From Bdellovibrionales bacterium (lineage in GTDB: Bacteria; Bdellovibrionota; Bdellovibrionia; Bdellovibrionales; JAGQZY01): DNA of 64,000 nucleotides. The notes beneath the pieces are model-generated. The model worked only from the letters and a program-made list of their open reading frames with translations, did no database searches and was not told the origin of the DNA. Made by a program: the position numbers and the translations under genes. The stretch covers positions 352,001 through 416,000 of the forward strand of contig CAXRHT010000001.1 of the NCBI GenBank assembly GCA_964230645.1, read 5' to 3'. The stretch's first letter is position 1. Each line of letters begins with the position of its first letter. Shown here piece by piece: positions 52,363-63,228 of this stretch.

Positions 52363-53885
52363 TATTGCACCTCCAAATAAGGATAAAGTCCATGACGTCC
52401 ACCTTCACGACCCCAACCACTTTCGAAATAGCCTCCGAAGGGAGAGGCGGGATCAAATTTGTTGTATGTATTGGCCCAGATCACGCCCGCTTTTAAACCA
52501 AGGGCTGTCTTCTGAATCTTTGAAGCTTTTTCTGACCACACTCCCGCGGCCAATCCATAAGGAGTGTCATTGGCTTTAGCAATGGCTTCTTCAGGATTTC
52601 TAAAAGTGGAAATAGCAAGTACGGGCCCAAAGACTTCCTTTCTAAAAATTGTGGCACTAGAGGCTACGTCTTCAAAAAAACAAGGCTCATGGAAAAAGCC
52701 CTGACTAGGAAGCCCTGTGGCGGAGTTGGAATAGAAATCCCAGCCCTCTTCTTTGGCATCTGAAACAAAAGATTTAATTTTCTCAAGCTCACGATGCGAG
52801 TTGATCGCACCAATATCCGTATTCTTGTCCAGAGGATTACCCACGCGCAGACTTTTCATGCGATCTTTTAACTTCTCGGTAAAGATCTTAGATACAGACT
52901 CCTCGACAAGAAGTCTCGATCCGGCACAACAAACATGACCTTGATTGAAGTAAATTCCATTGATCACACCTTCTACCGCTTGATCAATCGCGGCGTCCTC
53001 ATAAACGATATGGGCCGATTTTCCGCCAAGCTCAAGAGTGAGGCTTTTATTTGTTTTTGCTGTGGCTTTAGCAATCATTTTACCCACAGCCGTCGATCCG
53101 GTGAAGGCGATTTTATTAACGTCTTTATGGTTCACAAGAGAGCTTCCCGTTGCCCCGGCTCCGGTAATTATATTCACTACACCATCGGGAAGGCCAGCTT
53201 CTTGCATCACTTCTGCTAACAACAAGGCTGTCAGAGGAGTTGTCTCAGCAGGCTTTAAAACCACCGTATTCCCGGTTGCCAATGCTGGAGCAATTTTCCA
53301 TGCGGCCATAAGAAGAGGAAAGTTCCAGGGGATGATTTGCCCTGCTACTCCGAGAGATTGAACCTTTTTTCCAGGAAAAGCATAATCCAACTTATCAGCC
53401 CAACCCGCATTGTAAAAAAAGTGGGCGGCGACAAGAGGGATGTCGGAATCCCGTGACTCTCTGATGGGCTTGCCGTTATCGAGTGTCTCTAGAACCGCGA
53501 ACTCGCGGGAGCGCTCCCGTAAAATACGAGCTATTCTAAAAATATAACGCCCTCTTTCTTTACCGGACATCTTAGACCAAACCTCATTGTAGGCTTCTCT
53601 TGCAGCAGTCACAGCAAGGTCTACGTCTTTCTCATCGGCATCGGCCACCTCGGAGAGAACATCGCCTGTAGCCGGATTGATGGTAGGAAAATATTTTCCA
53701 CTCTTGGGTTTTACAAACTTTCCACCAATAAAAAGCTCGTTTCTTTCTTTAATATTGACCACGTCTGTGGATTCTATACTTTCAGAGTATTCAAACTGAA
53801 ATCCCATTTTTCTCTCTTTGGATTTTGGTTTGGAATTCTTCTTTTTGTTTTTTTTATTTTTCTTTTTATCTTGTTTTGAAAGCAT
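52362..53885 (-). CDS. Aldehyde dehydrogenase (start 53885 or 53807)
   Basis: IIPWNFPLLM, FTGST, LELGGKS, GHVCCAGS, EVFGPV. Confidence 0.93.
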   Translation of the reverse strand: MLSKQDKKKNKKNKKKNSKPKSKERKMGFQFEYSESIESTDVVNIKERNELFIGGKFVKPKSGKYFPTINPATGDVLSEVADADEKDVDLAVTAAREAYNEVWSKMSGKERGRYIFRIARILRERSREFAVLETLDNGKPIRESRDSDIPLVAAHFFYNAGWADKLDYAFPGKKVQSLGVAGQIIPWNFPLLMAAWKIAPALATGNTVVLKPAETTPLTALLLAEVMQEAGLPDGVVNIITGAGATGSSLVNHKDVNKIAFTGSTAVGKMIAKATAKTNKSLTLELGGKSAHIVYEDAAIDQAVEGVINGIYFNQGHVCCAGSRLLVEESVSKIFTEKLKDRMKSLRVGNPLDKNTDIGAINSHRELEKIKSFVSDAKEEGWDFYSNSATGLPSQGFFHEPCFFEDVASSATIFRKEVFGPVLAISTFRNPEEAIAKANDTPYGLAAGVWSEKASKIQKTALGLKAGVIWANTYNKFDPASPFGGYFESGWGREGGRHGLYPYLEVQ

Positions 53886-53897
53886 TTCGACCTTTCC

Positions 53898-54860
53898 TTA
53901 ATCCAATGAGAAAATCTTGTCGTAGTAATAGCGACCAGTCACTTGTTTGTAGATTTGCTTGAGAACATCGTTCAATAGACTACTGGCTCCGAAGCGAAAC
54001 AAATCAGGAGTTAACCATTCAGAGCCCAACACTTCATTGACCATACAGAGGTAGTGAATGGCTTGTTTGGATGTACGGATACCACCAGCGGGCTTCATCC
54101 CCACTTTCACACCGGTTTCGCGGTGATAATCCTTTATTGCATTTAACATCACAAGTGTGACGGGCATTGTGGCTGCCGGACTGACTTTACCTGTTGAGGT
54201 TTTAATAAAGTCCGCCCCTGCAAGCATGGCTAAGTGAGAGGCCATTTGCACACGGTCATAGGTGACGAGTTCGCCTGTTTCCAGAATGACTTTTAAATGA
54301 GCCTCATCGCAGGCTTCTTTAATTTGTAAAATTTCATCAAAGACTGTTTGATAATCACCGCTTAAAAAAGCGCCTCGGTTGATCACCATATCGATTTCAG
54401 TGGCTCCCATGCTCACGGCCGCTTTGACATCAGCCAACCGAATTTCCAAGGGAAGTTGACCTGCTGGAAAACCTGTCGCCACAGAGGCAATATTAATTTC
54501 CGTTCCATTTAATGCCTTAACGGCATGAGGGACCATGGATGGATAAACACAGACCGCGGCCACCTGGGGCATTTTTCGAGCTTTAGGGTGTTGAGAAAAC
54601 TCTTGATCAAGTCCCGCGGGGACGGGAAACTTGGCCTTACTGCATAGTTGCTTCACCCGGCCCGGGGTGTCCGCCCCCTCGAGCGTGGTCAAATCGATCA
54701 TCGCAATAATTTCGTAAAGAGCTTCGAGTTTGCTCTCTTTTTTAATACTTCTTTTTGTAAAAGACTGGGCTCTTTCTTCAGCACCCACCTGATCCACAGG
54801 CCAAAAGGGAATGGGTATTTTCCGTCCCCCATGACCTTTGACATATTTTTCACCAAACAT
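53898..54860 (-). CDS. deoC: Deoxyribose-phosphate aldolase
   Basis: IDLTTL, GATEIDMVI, LKVILETGEL, DFIKTSTGK, KPAGGIRT, RFGASSLL. Confidence 0.95.
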   Translation of the reverse strand: MFGEKYVKGHGGRKIPIPFWPVDQVGAEERAQSFTKRSIKKESKLEALYEIIAMIDLTTLEGADTPGRVKQLCSKAKFPVPAGLDQEFSQHPKARKMPQVAAVCVYPSMVPHAVKALNGTEINIASVATGFPAGQLPLEIRLADVKAAVSMGATEIDMVINRGAFLSGDYQTVFDEILQIKEACDEAHLKVILETGELVTYDRVQMASHLAMLAGADFIKTSTGKVSPAATMPVTLVMLNAIKDYHRETGVKVGMKPAGGIRTSKQAIHYLCMVNEVLGSEWLTPDLFRFGASSLLNDVLKQIYKQVTGRYYYDKIFSLD

Positions 54861-55048
54861 GGCTTCCTCCCCAAATGGATTTGGTCAAAGTCCTCCATTT
54901 CCTAGCACAGCCCACGGGTGGTTGAAAGGAAATTTCCATGAGTCAGTAATGCCAAACTTGAGGACCCTGGACCAATAACCCCCTAAAATCCTTAAAAAAT
55001 AGAGGACAAGCGTGGACATTGACTAAGCCAAGGTGCTAGCCTTTTTTT

Positions 55049-56386
55049 ATGAAACAAAGCCAAGATCCGGTGAAAATGGGCTTTTTCCAGGCCCTCTTTA
55101 ATAAAAGAATGCTCATTTGTCTTTTTAACGGCGTTTCAGCAGGCCTTCCTCTTTACTACCTTATTCAGCTAGTACCTGCATGGCTTCGTACCGAAGAGGT
55201 GGACTTAAAAACCATCGGCCTTTTTTCACTCGTGGGCATCCCCTATACCTGGAAATTCTTATGGTCTCCCCTTCTCGACTATCTCGAGCTTCCTTTTCTA
55301 GGGCTGCGGCGAGGTTGGATGCTTGTAACACAATTGGCTTGCATGCTCAGCATGTTCTCCCTGGCGTTTTTGAATCCGCAGATGGATATGAAGCTCATCG
55401 TAATTGCCGCCACGGCCATGGCCTTCTTTTCCGCCAGTCAGGACATTGTTCTTGATGCCTACCGCAGAGAGCTTTTACCCGACCGCGAATTAGGACTGGG
55501 TAATTCTATGTATATGAATGGATACAGAGCCGCTGGATTCATCCCCGGAGGCCTTGGTCTTATTCTTTCAGACTACATCTCATGGACGGCCGTGCACTTC
55601 ATTATTGGTTCTTTTATGCTCATTGGCATTATTAAAACACTCTCGATTAGTGAGATGAGTTTAAAAACGAGAAAAATTCGTACACTCAGTGAGTCAGTTG
55701 TCGATCCCCTAGTGGAGTTTTTTAGTCGCAAAGGGGTGGCCCCGGCACTGCTTTTTTTAAGCTTTTTGTTTTTTTACAAACTGGGCGACAATATGGCCAC
55801 CGCCCTTTCCACACCCTTTTATATCGATGTTGGTTTTTCCAACCAGGTGATCGGGTCCACTATTAAACTCGTAAGTTTTTGGGCGATGATGGCCGGGGCC
55901 TTCATCGGTGGAGCCACCATTTATAAAATTGGGATCAACCGAAGCCTATGGATCTTCGGTGTGGTGCAATTGGTATCAATCTTTGGTTTTGCCGTTTTGA
56001 ATGAAGCCGGACCCGTCATTTGGATTCTTTCTTTAGTCATTGCTTTTGAATACTTAGGAGTAGGACTGGGTGCCTCTGCTCTTACAGCCTATATGGCCCG
56101 CGCCACGAATATGAATTTTACCGCCACCCAATTTGCTCTTTTCTCAAGCCTTATCGCTGTTCCAAGAACCTTTGCGAATGCAACCACCGGATTTTTGATT
56201 GAAGGGATAAAACCTAAGGATGGTTGGTTTTATTCTACGTTCGGTGCCATGCCTGGAATGGGATACACTGATTTCTTTATTTTCTGTGGATTGTGTGCGC
56301 TGCCTGGAATGATTCTTCTCTATTGGGTCGCCCCTTGGAACGGCTCTGTTGAAGAAGTCTATGGTGGGCAGGAAAAATCGGAATAG
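55049..56386 (+). CDS. ampG: AmpG family muropeptide MFS transporter
   Basis: GLPYY, PYTWKFLWSPLLD, SASQDIVLDAYR, YKLGD, TATQFALFSSL. Confidence 0.9.
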   Translation: MKQSQDPVKMGFFQALFNKRMLICLFNGVSAGLPLYYLIQLVPAWLRTEEVDLKTIGLFSLVGIPYTWKFLWSPLLDYLELPFLGLRRGWMLVTQLACMLSMFSLAFLNPQMDMKLIVIAATAMAFFSASQDIVLDAYRRELLPDRELGLGNSMYMNGYRAAGFIPGGLGLILSDYISWTAVHFIIGSFMLIGIIKTLSISEMSLKTRKIRTLSESVVDPLVEFFSRKGVAPALLFLSFLFFYKLGDNMATALSTPFYIDVGFSNQVIGSTIKLVSFWAMMAGAFIGGATIYKIGINRSLWIFGVVQLVSIFGFAVLNEAGPVIWILSLVIAFEYLGVGLGASALTAYMARATNMNFTATQFALFSSLIAVPRTFANATTGFLIEGIKPKDGWFYSTFGAMPGMGYTDFFIFCGLCALPGMILLYWVAPWNGSVEEVYGGQEKSE

Positions 56387-56393
56387 AAATTCT

Positions 56394-57212
56394 CTACTTC
56401 CTCTTGCCTGCGCCCACAATTTTATTTTTAGCCTCTAATATTAGAACTAAAACTAAGCCAACTAAAAAACCAATAATCAAATTTTGAAGAACACTCAGAG
56501 TAAAGTGAGGAAGGTGAAAACTGTGATTTATGATGCCACCGCCCACTAAAAGCATCGCCCCCGTTCCAACAACCCCTAATGTTTTCATAATATAAGGCAT
56601 GGCTCGCACAAGGCTTAATCCAATTTTCTTGTAGCTCTTCTTAATAAGGTGAAGTCCAAAGTCATCGATTTTAACAATCAAAGCCACCAGTCCATAAATA
56701 ATGATCGATGCAGCGACACCGACGACCACCAGAGAGAGGGCCTGCACCCAAGGGCCACCTGTAAGAGCCGTTTTTGCCAGAACTATAATTTCAATAGAGA
56801 GAATGAGGTCGGTACGGACCGCACCTTTAATTTTCTGAGCCTCTGGAATTTGTTTTCTTTTTTCGCTCCCCGAGTGTTTTGAATGAAAAAGCTTTTCTAT
56901 AATTTTATGAACACCTTCAAAAGACAAATACAGCCCCCCAAGGAGCAGTATCCATTGAATCAAGGGCGGGTAAAGAAAATTAAGAACCAATACCCCCACT
57001 ATGCAGTAGACCTTATTGAGAAGTGAGCCCCAGAAAATCGCCTTTACAATTGGCAATTCGCGATCCGGATTGACTCCTGTTACAACACCAGCATTCACCG
57101 CCAAATCATCAGACATCAAGGCACTTGTTTTTTTTAAGGCCACTTGGGTCATTACAGAAACATCATCTAAAGTCGTTGCGATATCATCGAGTAGAGTTAA
57201 TAAAGAAACCAT
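56394..57212 (-). CDS. DUF808 (YedI-like) membrane protein
   Basis: LLDDIA, DDLAVNA, RELP, GAVRTDLILSIEI, IVKIDDFG. Confidence 0.85.
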   Translation of the reverse strand: MVSLLTLLDDIATTLDDVSVMTQVALKKTSALMSDDLAVNAGVVTGVNPDRELPIVKAIFWGSLLNKVYCIVGVLVLNFLYPPLIQWILLLGGLYLSFEGVHKIIEKLFHSKHSGSEKRKQIPEAQKIKGAVRTDLILSIEIIVLAKTALTGGPWVQALSLVVVGVAASIIIYGLVALIVKIDDFGLHLIKKSYKKIGLSLVRAMPYIMKTLGVVGTGAMLLVGGGIINHSFHLPHFTLSVLQNLIIGFLVGLVLVLILEAKNKIVGAGKRK

Positions 57213-57420
57213 AGCTCATACTACTGAATGTTTTCAAAGGAACCAAGCAAGTTTTTAAAGCCTAAAAGTGGATAGAGTTTTTACACATAAGCCTGACTCA
57301 GAAAATGACAGTGTTTCATTTTGACAGTCTCTACTCAAACAGGTTTTAAATGACTTAACTTATGGAGGAGGCCAAAAAAATTTGCTAAACTATAGACAGT
57401 TTTTGTTCGGGGGGAATTTT

Positions 57421-57615
57421 ATGAAACTTTTGGAACCACTTTACTATGAGTCACTACCATATGTTTATGGAGCACTTGCTATCTTTGCCTTCTCACAGGC
57501 TGATGAATCTAAAATTGCTGGTGTTGCAGCCCTACTTCTTAGTTTTTGTAGCTGCTACATCCTAAAAAAGCGCTTCGAATACCGCTCTTGTAAAGGACGC
57601 GCTCGAAAATTTTAA
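57421..57615 (+). CDS. Small two-TM hypothetical protein
   Basis: GGGGGA SD before ATG 57421; YESLPYVY followed by two hydrophobic helices and a basic tail. Confidence 0.55.
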   Translation: MKLLEPLYYESLPYVYGALAIFAFSQADESKIAGVAALLLSFCSCYILKKRFEYRSCKGRARKF

Positions 57616-57623
57616 TTTCATAT

Positions 57624-57858
57624 TGCCATCCTGACCGAAGGGGTTGTCATCCTGACCAGAGGGAAGGATCTTTTTCCCTATCGTCGTGCCGAGCGTCGCG
57701 CCACAAAGTCGTCCTGAGCGTAGCGCCACACTGTCGTCCTGAGCGTAGCGAAGGACCTTTGCCGAGGACTGTGATTGATAGCGCGGACTCAGTGGAGATA
57801 GATTCTTCGCTACGCTCAGAATGACATATGCTAAGAGTGACATACGCTCAGTATGACA
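57624..57858. repeat. TGTC-tagged REP cluster: inverted REPIN (57732-57826) with partial copies at both ends
   Basis: Core is the reverse-complement homolog of 5132-5227. Flanked by gtcatcctgacc, gtcgtcctgagcgtagcg and ...tgaca partial units. Confidence 0.85.
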
Positions 57859-57860
57859 GA

Positions 57861-59678
57861 CTATTTGAGCTCCTCAATTTGCTCTTCAAAAGAACCTGCC
57901 AGTTGATCATGCCTAGCCATAATCTCATCAAGCCTTTCATAAGATATAGCAATTCGAATCTGAATCTGACCAATTTCTTTAAAAAGCTCTCCACTATCGC
58001 TTGAGTCAAGAGTCATGGCGGCTACCTTTTCGTTAGCACTCTCGAGGCTTGCTTCATCATCCATGATACTTTTTTCTAGCTGATCCATCTCTTTTTTTAG
58101 AGGCTTTAAAAGCTTCGCTCTTTCTTGCACAAGCTCTGCGCGTTTTCTTTTTGCCTCTTTACGATCTCCAGAGGACTTCTTTTCTTTTTGCACGGGAGCT
58201 TCACCCCAGCCCTCTTTTGCTAAAAACTCTTGATAATTCCCTAAGAAGAGCTTAGCCCCACCATCCTTGAAAATGATTAGCTTATTAGCCAATTTATTTA
58301 AAAGATCCTCATCGTGACTGACAAAAAGGACTCCACCAGGGAAATCATCTATTTCCTCAGTCATCACTTGAATGGATTCCATATCAAGGTGGTTTGTGGG
58401 CTCATCTAAAAGAAGAACATTACAAGACTTCGCAATCACTTTCCCAAGAAGCACCCGCCCCTGCTCTCCTCCTGACAAAACCGATATCTTTTTATCTGCA
58501 CTGTCTCCAGGAAACATCATCGCGCCACAAATGGAGCGCACAGCACTAATGGGAAGTTTTGGATTTTCGCTGGCAATCTCCTCCGCCACTGTGGCAGTGG
58601 GAGTGAGCTTCTTTTTATTGGTCTGTTGGTAATAAGAAAGAGTGGTATCAGGATGATGTTTGATCTCACCTTCCCCTCTCAATTGACCCGCTAAAACATT
58701 GAGAAGAGTCGTTTTCCCATGACCATTTTTACCGATTATCCCAATACGATCCTCAGGCTTAACTCGAAACTTTAAATCGTTAAACAGAAGCTTATCCTTT
58801 TCAAATCCAAAACTTAAATCGTCCACTGTCATTAAGGTTTTCGCCGGCGTGTCCTTGTAATTAAAACGAAATCCAAGCTGAGCCTCTCCAGAAAGTTTGG
58901 CCATGGGAGAGAGCTTTTCAATTTGTTTGAGTTTTGATTGGGCTTGCTTAGCTTTAGTATTTTTAGCACGAAACCGGTCCACAAAAGCCTGCATTTCTTT
59001 AACTTTCTTTTCGGTATTAAGACGTGTCTTCTCATAGATTTCTTCGTCCATTTGAAGTTGCTCGTAATACTTGGCTGTGGTTCCCTCAATTTTTTTAAGC
59101 CCCTGACGGTGAATTCCCATTACGTGGGTGACAACCGAGTCCATAAAATGCCGATCGTGGGTGATAAGAATCACTTCTCCTGAAAAGTCCTTAAGGAAAC
59201 CTTTTAACCAGTGAAGGCTTAAAATATCGAGGTAGTTGGTCGGCTCATCAAGAAGGAGCAGGTCTGGCTCTTCGAGAAGGGACTTTACAAGGTTAATTCT
59301 CAGTTGAAACCCTCCAGAAAAATCATGAGGAGAGCGGCCCATGTCGGACTCCTCAAAACCAAGACCAAAAAGCAAGGCCTCGGCCTTATAGGTATCAAGC
59401 TTTTGGTCTTTTGGAAGAGCTAAGGCGCATTCCTCAAGAACTGTAGGTTCAGTGAACTTTATATGTTGATTGAGATAGCCAATTTTATAGGACTTACTAC
59501 AGTGGATCTCTCCCTCATCGGCCTCTTCCGTTCCCCTGATGATTTTAAAAAGAGTGGACTTCCCGGAGCCATTGCGCCCCACAAGTCCTACAATCTCTCC
59601 TGAGCCTACTGAAAAGGACACATCAGTGAACAAAACCCGATCTCCATAGGATTTTTGTAGCTGGGCCACCTGTAACAT
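57861..59678 (-). CDS. ABC-F family ATP-binding protein
   Basis: Two ABC cassettes (GRNGSGKS, GKNGHGKT, LDEPTN x2), no TM segments, C-terminal coiled coil. Confidence 0.93.
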   Translation of the reverse strand: MLQVAQLQKSYGDRVLFTDVSFSVGSGEIVGLVGRNGSGKSTLFKIIRGTEEADEGEIHCSKSYKIGYLNQHIKFTEPTVLEECALALPKDQKLDTYKAEALLFGLGFEESDMGRSPHDFSGGFQLRINLVKSLLEEPDLLLLDEPTNYLDILSLHWLKGFLKDFSGEVILITHDRHFMDSVVTHVMGIHRQGLKKIEGTTAKYYEQLQMDEEIYEKTRLNTEKKVKEMQAFVDRFRAKNTKAKQAQSKLKQIEKLSPMAKLSGEAQLGFRFNYKDTPAKTLMTVDDLSFGFEKDKLLFNDLKFRVKPEDRIGIIGKNGHGKTTLLNVLAGQLRGEGEIKHHPDTTLSYYQQTNKKKLTPTATVAEEIASENPKLPISAVRSICGAMMFPGDSADKKISVLSGGEQGRVLLGKVIAKSCNVLLLDEPTNHLDMESIQVMTEEIDDFPGGVLFVSHDEDLLNKLANKLIIFKDGGAKLFLGNYQEFLAKEGWGEAPVQKEKKSSGDRKEAKRKRAELVQERAKLLKPLKKEMDQLEKSIMDDEASLESANEKVAAMTLDSSDSGELFKEIGQIQIRIAISYERLDEIMARHDQLAGSFEEQIEELK

Positions 59679-59681
59679 AGC

Positions 59682-60209
59682 TTATTCCTTCGACTCGAAC
59701 GTTCGGCGTTTTTTATTTTTTCTCACCCGAGGAACAGCAAAGACCCGATTGTGAAAGGAGACGTAAAATCCCGGCTCTAAAACCTGACAAACAGCCATCG
59801 CTTCGGTGAAATTTTGCGCAGCATCAGAGTCTTCAAACCCCATGGGCTTCATCGCCCCTGTAAAAACCACCGGCACCGGAGGGGCTTCACAATGCTCAAA
59901 ACAAAACTCAGCCGTTTGCTCCATCGTGTCTGTGCCATGAAGGACAACGATAGGCACTTTTTTGTCGAAGCTCTCCTTTATGGAGTTAGCGATTTTCTGG
60001 CGATCCTCTGTAATCATGTTCAGAGAGTCCTTAGCCATCAGTTCATGCAACTCCACCTCCGTGTGAGGAAGGCGCAGTCTGGATAAGAGCCTATTTCTCA
60101 AGCGAGAATGTCGGTTCTCAAGGGAGCCATCAAACTCGTTGTAGCTCTTCTCAATGGTTCCACCTGTGGTGAAAATAATTACTTTTTGCGTTTTCATGGG
60201 CTGCCTCAT
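59682..60209 (-). CDS. Short single-domain L-asparaginase
   Basis: TTGGTI and HGTDTM catalytic Thr motifs; TGAMKP. Confidence 0.85.
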   Translation of the reverse strand: MRQPMKTQKVIIFTTGGTIEKSYNEFDGSLENRHSRLRNRLLSRLRLPHTEVELHELMAKDSLNMITEDRQKIANSIKESFDKKVPIVVLHGTDTMEQTAEFCFEHCEAPPVPVVFTGAMKPMGFEDSDAAQNFTEAMAVCQVLEPGFYVSFHNRVFAVPRVRKNKKRRTFESKE

Positions 60210-60279
60210 TGGATAACATTAAAAATCCGGGGTGAAAATTGAATTTTTATGTTAGATACTGAGGTTTTGGAGGATCGTC

Positions 60280-61938
60280 ATGGCTGAGGAAAAAACGCAG
60301 GAGCCCGCAAAAAACTTTATTCGAAACATTATTGATCAGGATCTCAAAGAGGGCCTCAATAGTGGACGGGTCCACACGCGTTTTCCCCCTGAGCCTAATG
60401 GTTACCTACATATTGGCCACGCAAAATCCATTTGTCTTAATTTCGAGCTTAAAAACATCTACTCAGGCAAATGCAATCTCCGCTTTGACGACACCAATCC
60501 TGTCTCAGAAGATCCCGAATACATTGCTGCGATTAAAGACGACATCCAGTGGCTAGGCTTTGAATGGGACAACCTTTGCCACGCTTCCGAGTACTTTGAT
60601 CAGCTTTATGACTATGCCGTGCAATTGATAAAAAAAGGCAAAGCCTATGTGGACTCCCTTTCCGAAGAGGACGTCAGGGAGTACCGAGGAGACCACAACA
60701 CCCCTGGTAAAAATTCTCCTTATAGAGACCGAAGTGTCGATGAAAACCTAGAGCTCTTTAAAAAAATGAAAGACGGTGAGTTTAAAGACGGTGAGCACAT
60801 TCTTAGAGCTAAAATTGACATGACCTCAGGAAACATGAATCTCCGTGATCCTTTAATCTATCGCATTCGTCATGCAAAGCACCCTGTCACGGGTGACAAA
60901 TGGTGCATTTATCCTCTTTATGATTTCACCCATGGTATTTCGGACGCCATCGAAAAAATCACCCACTCCATTTGCACCTTGGAATTTGAGGATCATCGCC
61001 CTCTTTACGATTGGTTTTTAAAAGAACTTGATTTCAACGAACCTCCGAAACAAATTGAGTTTTCTAAATTATTTTTAAGTCATGTCATTGTTTCCAAAAG
61101 AAAACTAAAACAACTCGTAGAGGAAAAACATGTTTCTGGTTGGGACGATCCACGTATGGCTACTCTGCGAGGCCTCAGGCGTCGTGGTTACACACCAGAG
61201 TCCATTCGCGAGCTCTGCCGTCAGGTGGGAGTTTCAAAAGCCTACTCGGTGATCGATTATAGTCAATTTGAGGAATGCTTAAGAGCTGACCTTAATGACA
61301 AAGCCCAGAGACGAATGGTGGTCTTAAAACCTTTAAAACTCACCATCACCAATTATGATAAAAATGAAACTCTTGAAGCCCCCAATCATCCAAAAGACGA
61401 AAGTATGGGAACAAGGTCACTTCCCATGTCTAATGAGATCTGGATTGATCAGGATGACTTTATGGAAGAGCCACCTAAAAAATACTTTCGCCTCAAACCT
61501 GGAGGCGAAGTTCGCTTAAGAAACTCCTATGTGATTAAATGCGAAGAGGTCATTAAAAACGATAAAGGCGAAGTTGTAGAAATCAAGGCCACAGCCGACT
61601 TAGACACTCTTGGTAAAAATCCGGAGGGACGAAAAGTTAAGGGAATCATTCACTGGGTTTCTGCCAAAGAGGCGGTCCCTTTAAAAGTGAATATCTACGA
61701 TCGACTTTTTACTGACCCCAATCCTGCGGGTCATAAAGACAAAAACTTTCTCGACTTTTTAAACCCCAACTCTTTAGAGGTTTTAAATCCTTGCTTTGGT
61801 GAGCCCTCAATTAAGGACGCCGAAGTGGGCGAGTCGTTTCAGTTTGAACGTGTGGGATACTTTTGCCTGGATCAAGACTCAAAGGCGGAAGATTTGATCT
61901 TTAACCGCTCGGTCAGTTTGCGTGACAACTGGAAGTAA
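60280..61938 (+). CDS. glnS: Glutamine--tRNA ligase
   Basis: [47 protein letters not shown]. Confidence 0.97.
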   Translation: MAEEKTQEPAKNFIRNIIDQDLKEGLNSGRVHTRFPPEPNGYLHIGHAKSICLNFELKNIYSGKCNLRFDDTNPVSEDPEYIAAIKDDIQWLGFEWDNLCHASEYFDQLYDYAVQLIKKGKAYVDSLSEEDVREYRGDHNTPGKNSPYRDRSVDENLELFKKMKDGEFKDGEHILRAKIDMTSGNMNLRDPLIYRIRHAKHPVTGDKWCIYPLYDFTHGISDAIEKITHSICTLEFEDHRPLYDWFLKELDFNEPPKQIEFSKLFLSHVIVSKRKLKQLVEEKHVSGWDDPRMATLRGLRRRGYTPESIRELCRQVGVSKAYSVIDYSQFEECLRADLNDKAQRRMVVLKPLKLTITNYDKNETLEAPNHPKDESMGTRSLPMSNEIWIDQDDFMEEPPKKYFRLKPGGEVRLRNSYVIKCEEVIKNDKGEVVEIKATADLDTLGKNPEGRKVKGIIHWVSAKEAVPLKVNIYDRLFTDPNPAGHKDKNFLDFLNPNSLEVLNPCFGEPSIKDAEVGESFQFERVGYFCLDQDSKAEDLIFNRSVSLRDNWK

Positions 61939-62113
61939 ATGAAATTCCTTTTATTTACAGAATCTGTCTCCTGTCACAGTCTCAAATCCGCTAATTTTGA
62001 TCTGAGACTGACTCGACGTGGTTAAAGCCGTGATTTTCTTGGAAAATTCTTTCAAATAAGTTCTTCTAAAAATATATTAGTAGTCAATCTGATCACACAC
62101 GGAAGGGGGATCA

Positions 62114-63208
62114 ATGAAATCCATTCTTGCTATCTTAACTTTTATTTTTAGCCACAGCTTAATGGCTGACCCGCTGCTACCACAGTCACCCGATGCGGAA
62201 ACATTAAAACAAATGGCACTTCATAATCAGGAGATGGCAAAATTTGAGCCTGTCACTTCAGAATTTGACCGTAATAAAGATGTACGGCCCTTTGCTGAGT
62301 ATCACGACACGGGTTACATATTTTTTAACGACGATGATTACCGTGGTTACGCCCGAGAAATCAAAGAAACCATCGCTCGTAAAATTCCATCAGATGTTAC
62401 TTTAGTGGTTTATTCGACTTCTTCTAATAAAAGTTACCTCGGTCAGCTGAAAAGCAAATACACCCAATTTATAGATCCGGCTCGCTTAGTGATCTTGCAG
62501 ATTCCTCGTAGTGGGTCCAATAATTTTTGGACAAGGGATAATCTTCCCCTACCCGTTTGGACCAACGACGACTTCACTCTGGTTGATGCTCGTTACTATT
62601 ACAACTTTGAGCCCGATGCTTTCCTAACGAATCTTTTCGCCTCCCTTGCAAGTAAGCACGATTACTTTTTTGAAGGTGGAAACTTTACCGCCAACGCTCG
62701 TGGAGAGTGTATTGTGGTCAACAGAAAGCGTTCTTATCCAGGAGGCATTTCTGATACCGCCGCCATCCCTGATGCTGTTTTTAGAAATCAATACGGCTGC
62801 AATAGACTCATTCGTTTCAAACACCTTAAAGGTATTGGTCACTCCGATGAGGTGGTTAAGTTCATGACTGATGACATTATTGTGACTGATACCCACGAGT
62901 ATGTGGCCGAACTTGAAGCTGCTGGCTATGAAGTTCATATGCTTCCTGAGCCTGATCGTCGCTTTGAAACTTATGTAAACTCTTTACAGGTCAACGACGT
63001 TCTTTTTGTTCCCGTGTTTGGAGAAGCTGGCGACAGCAAAGCCATTGAGGTCTACGAAAGCCTTAACCTAGGTCTTGAAATCGTCCCTATCAACACCAGA
63101 AACCTAGCCACCCGAGGACAGGGCGGAATTCACTGCATAACCATGAATTACCCTCCAGCCCCACTAGCTCAAATCGCAAGAAGTGTTGGCGGAACTCTCA
63201 TCCAATAG
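62114..63208 (+). CDS. Secreted agmatine/peptidylarginine deiminase family protein
   Basis: Signal peptide; WTRD, EGGN, GHSD, YVN, GGIHCIT. Confidence 0.85.
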   Translation: MKSILAILTFIFSHSLMADPLLPQSPDAETLKQMALHNQEMAKFEPVTSEFDRNKDVRPFAEYHDTGYIFFNDDDYRGYAREIKETIARKIPSDVTLVVYSTSSNKSYLGQLKSKYTQFIDPARLVILQIPRSGSNNFWTRDNLPLPVWTNDDFTLVDARYYYNFEPDAFLTNLFASLASKHDYFFEGGNFTANARGECIVVNRKRSYPGGISDTAAIPDAVFRNQYGCNRLIRFKHLKGIGHSDEVVKFMTDDIIVTDTHEYVAELEAAGYEVHMLPEPDRRFETYVNSLQVNDVLFVPVFGEAGDSKAIEVYESLNLGLEIVPINTRNLATRGQGGIHCITMNYPPAPLAQIARSVGGTLIQ

Positions 63209-63228
63209 TCAAAAAAATAAGAAGAAAC

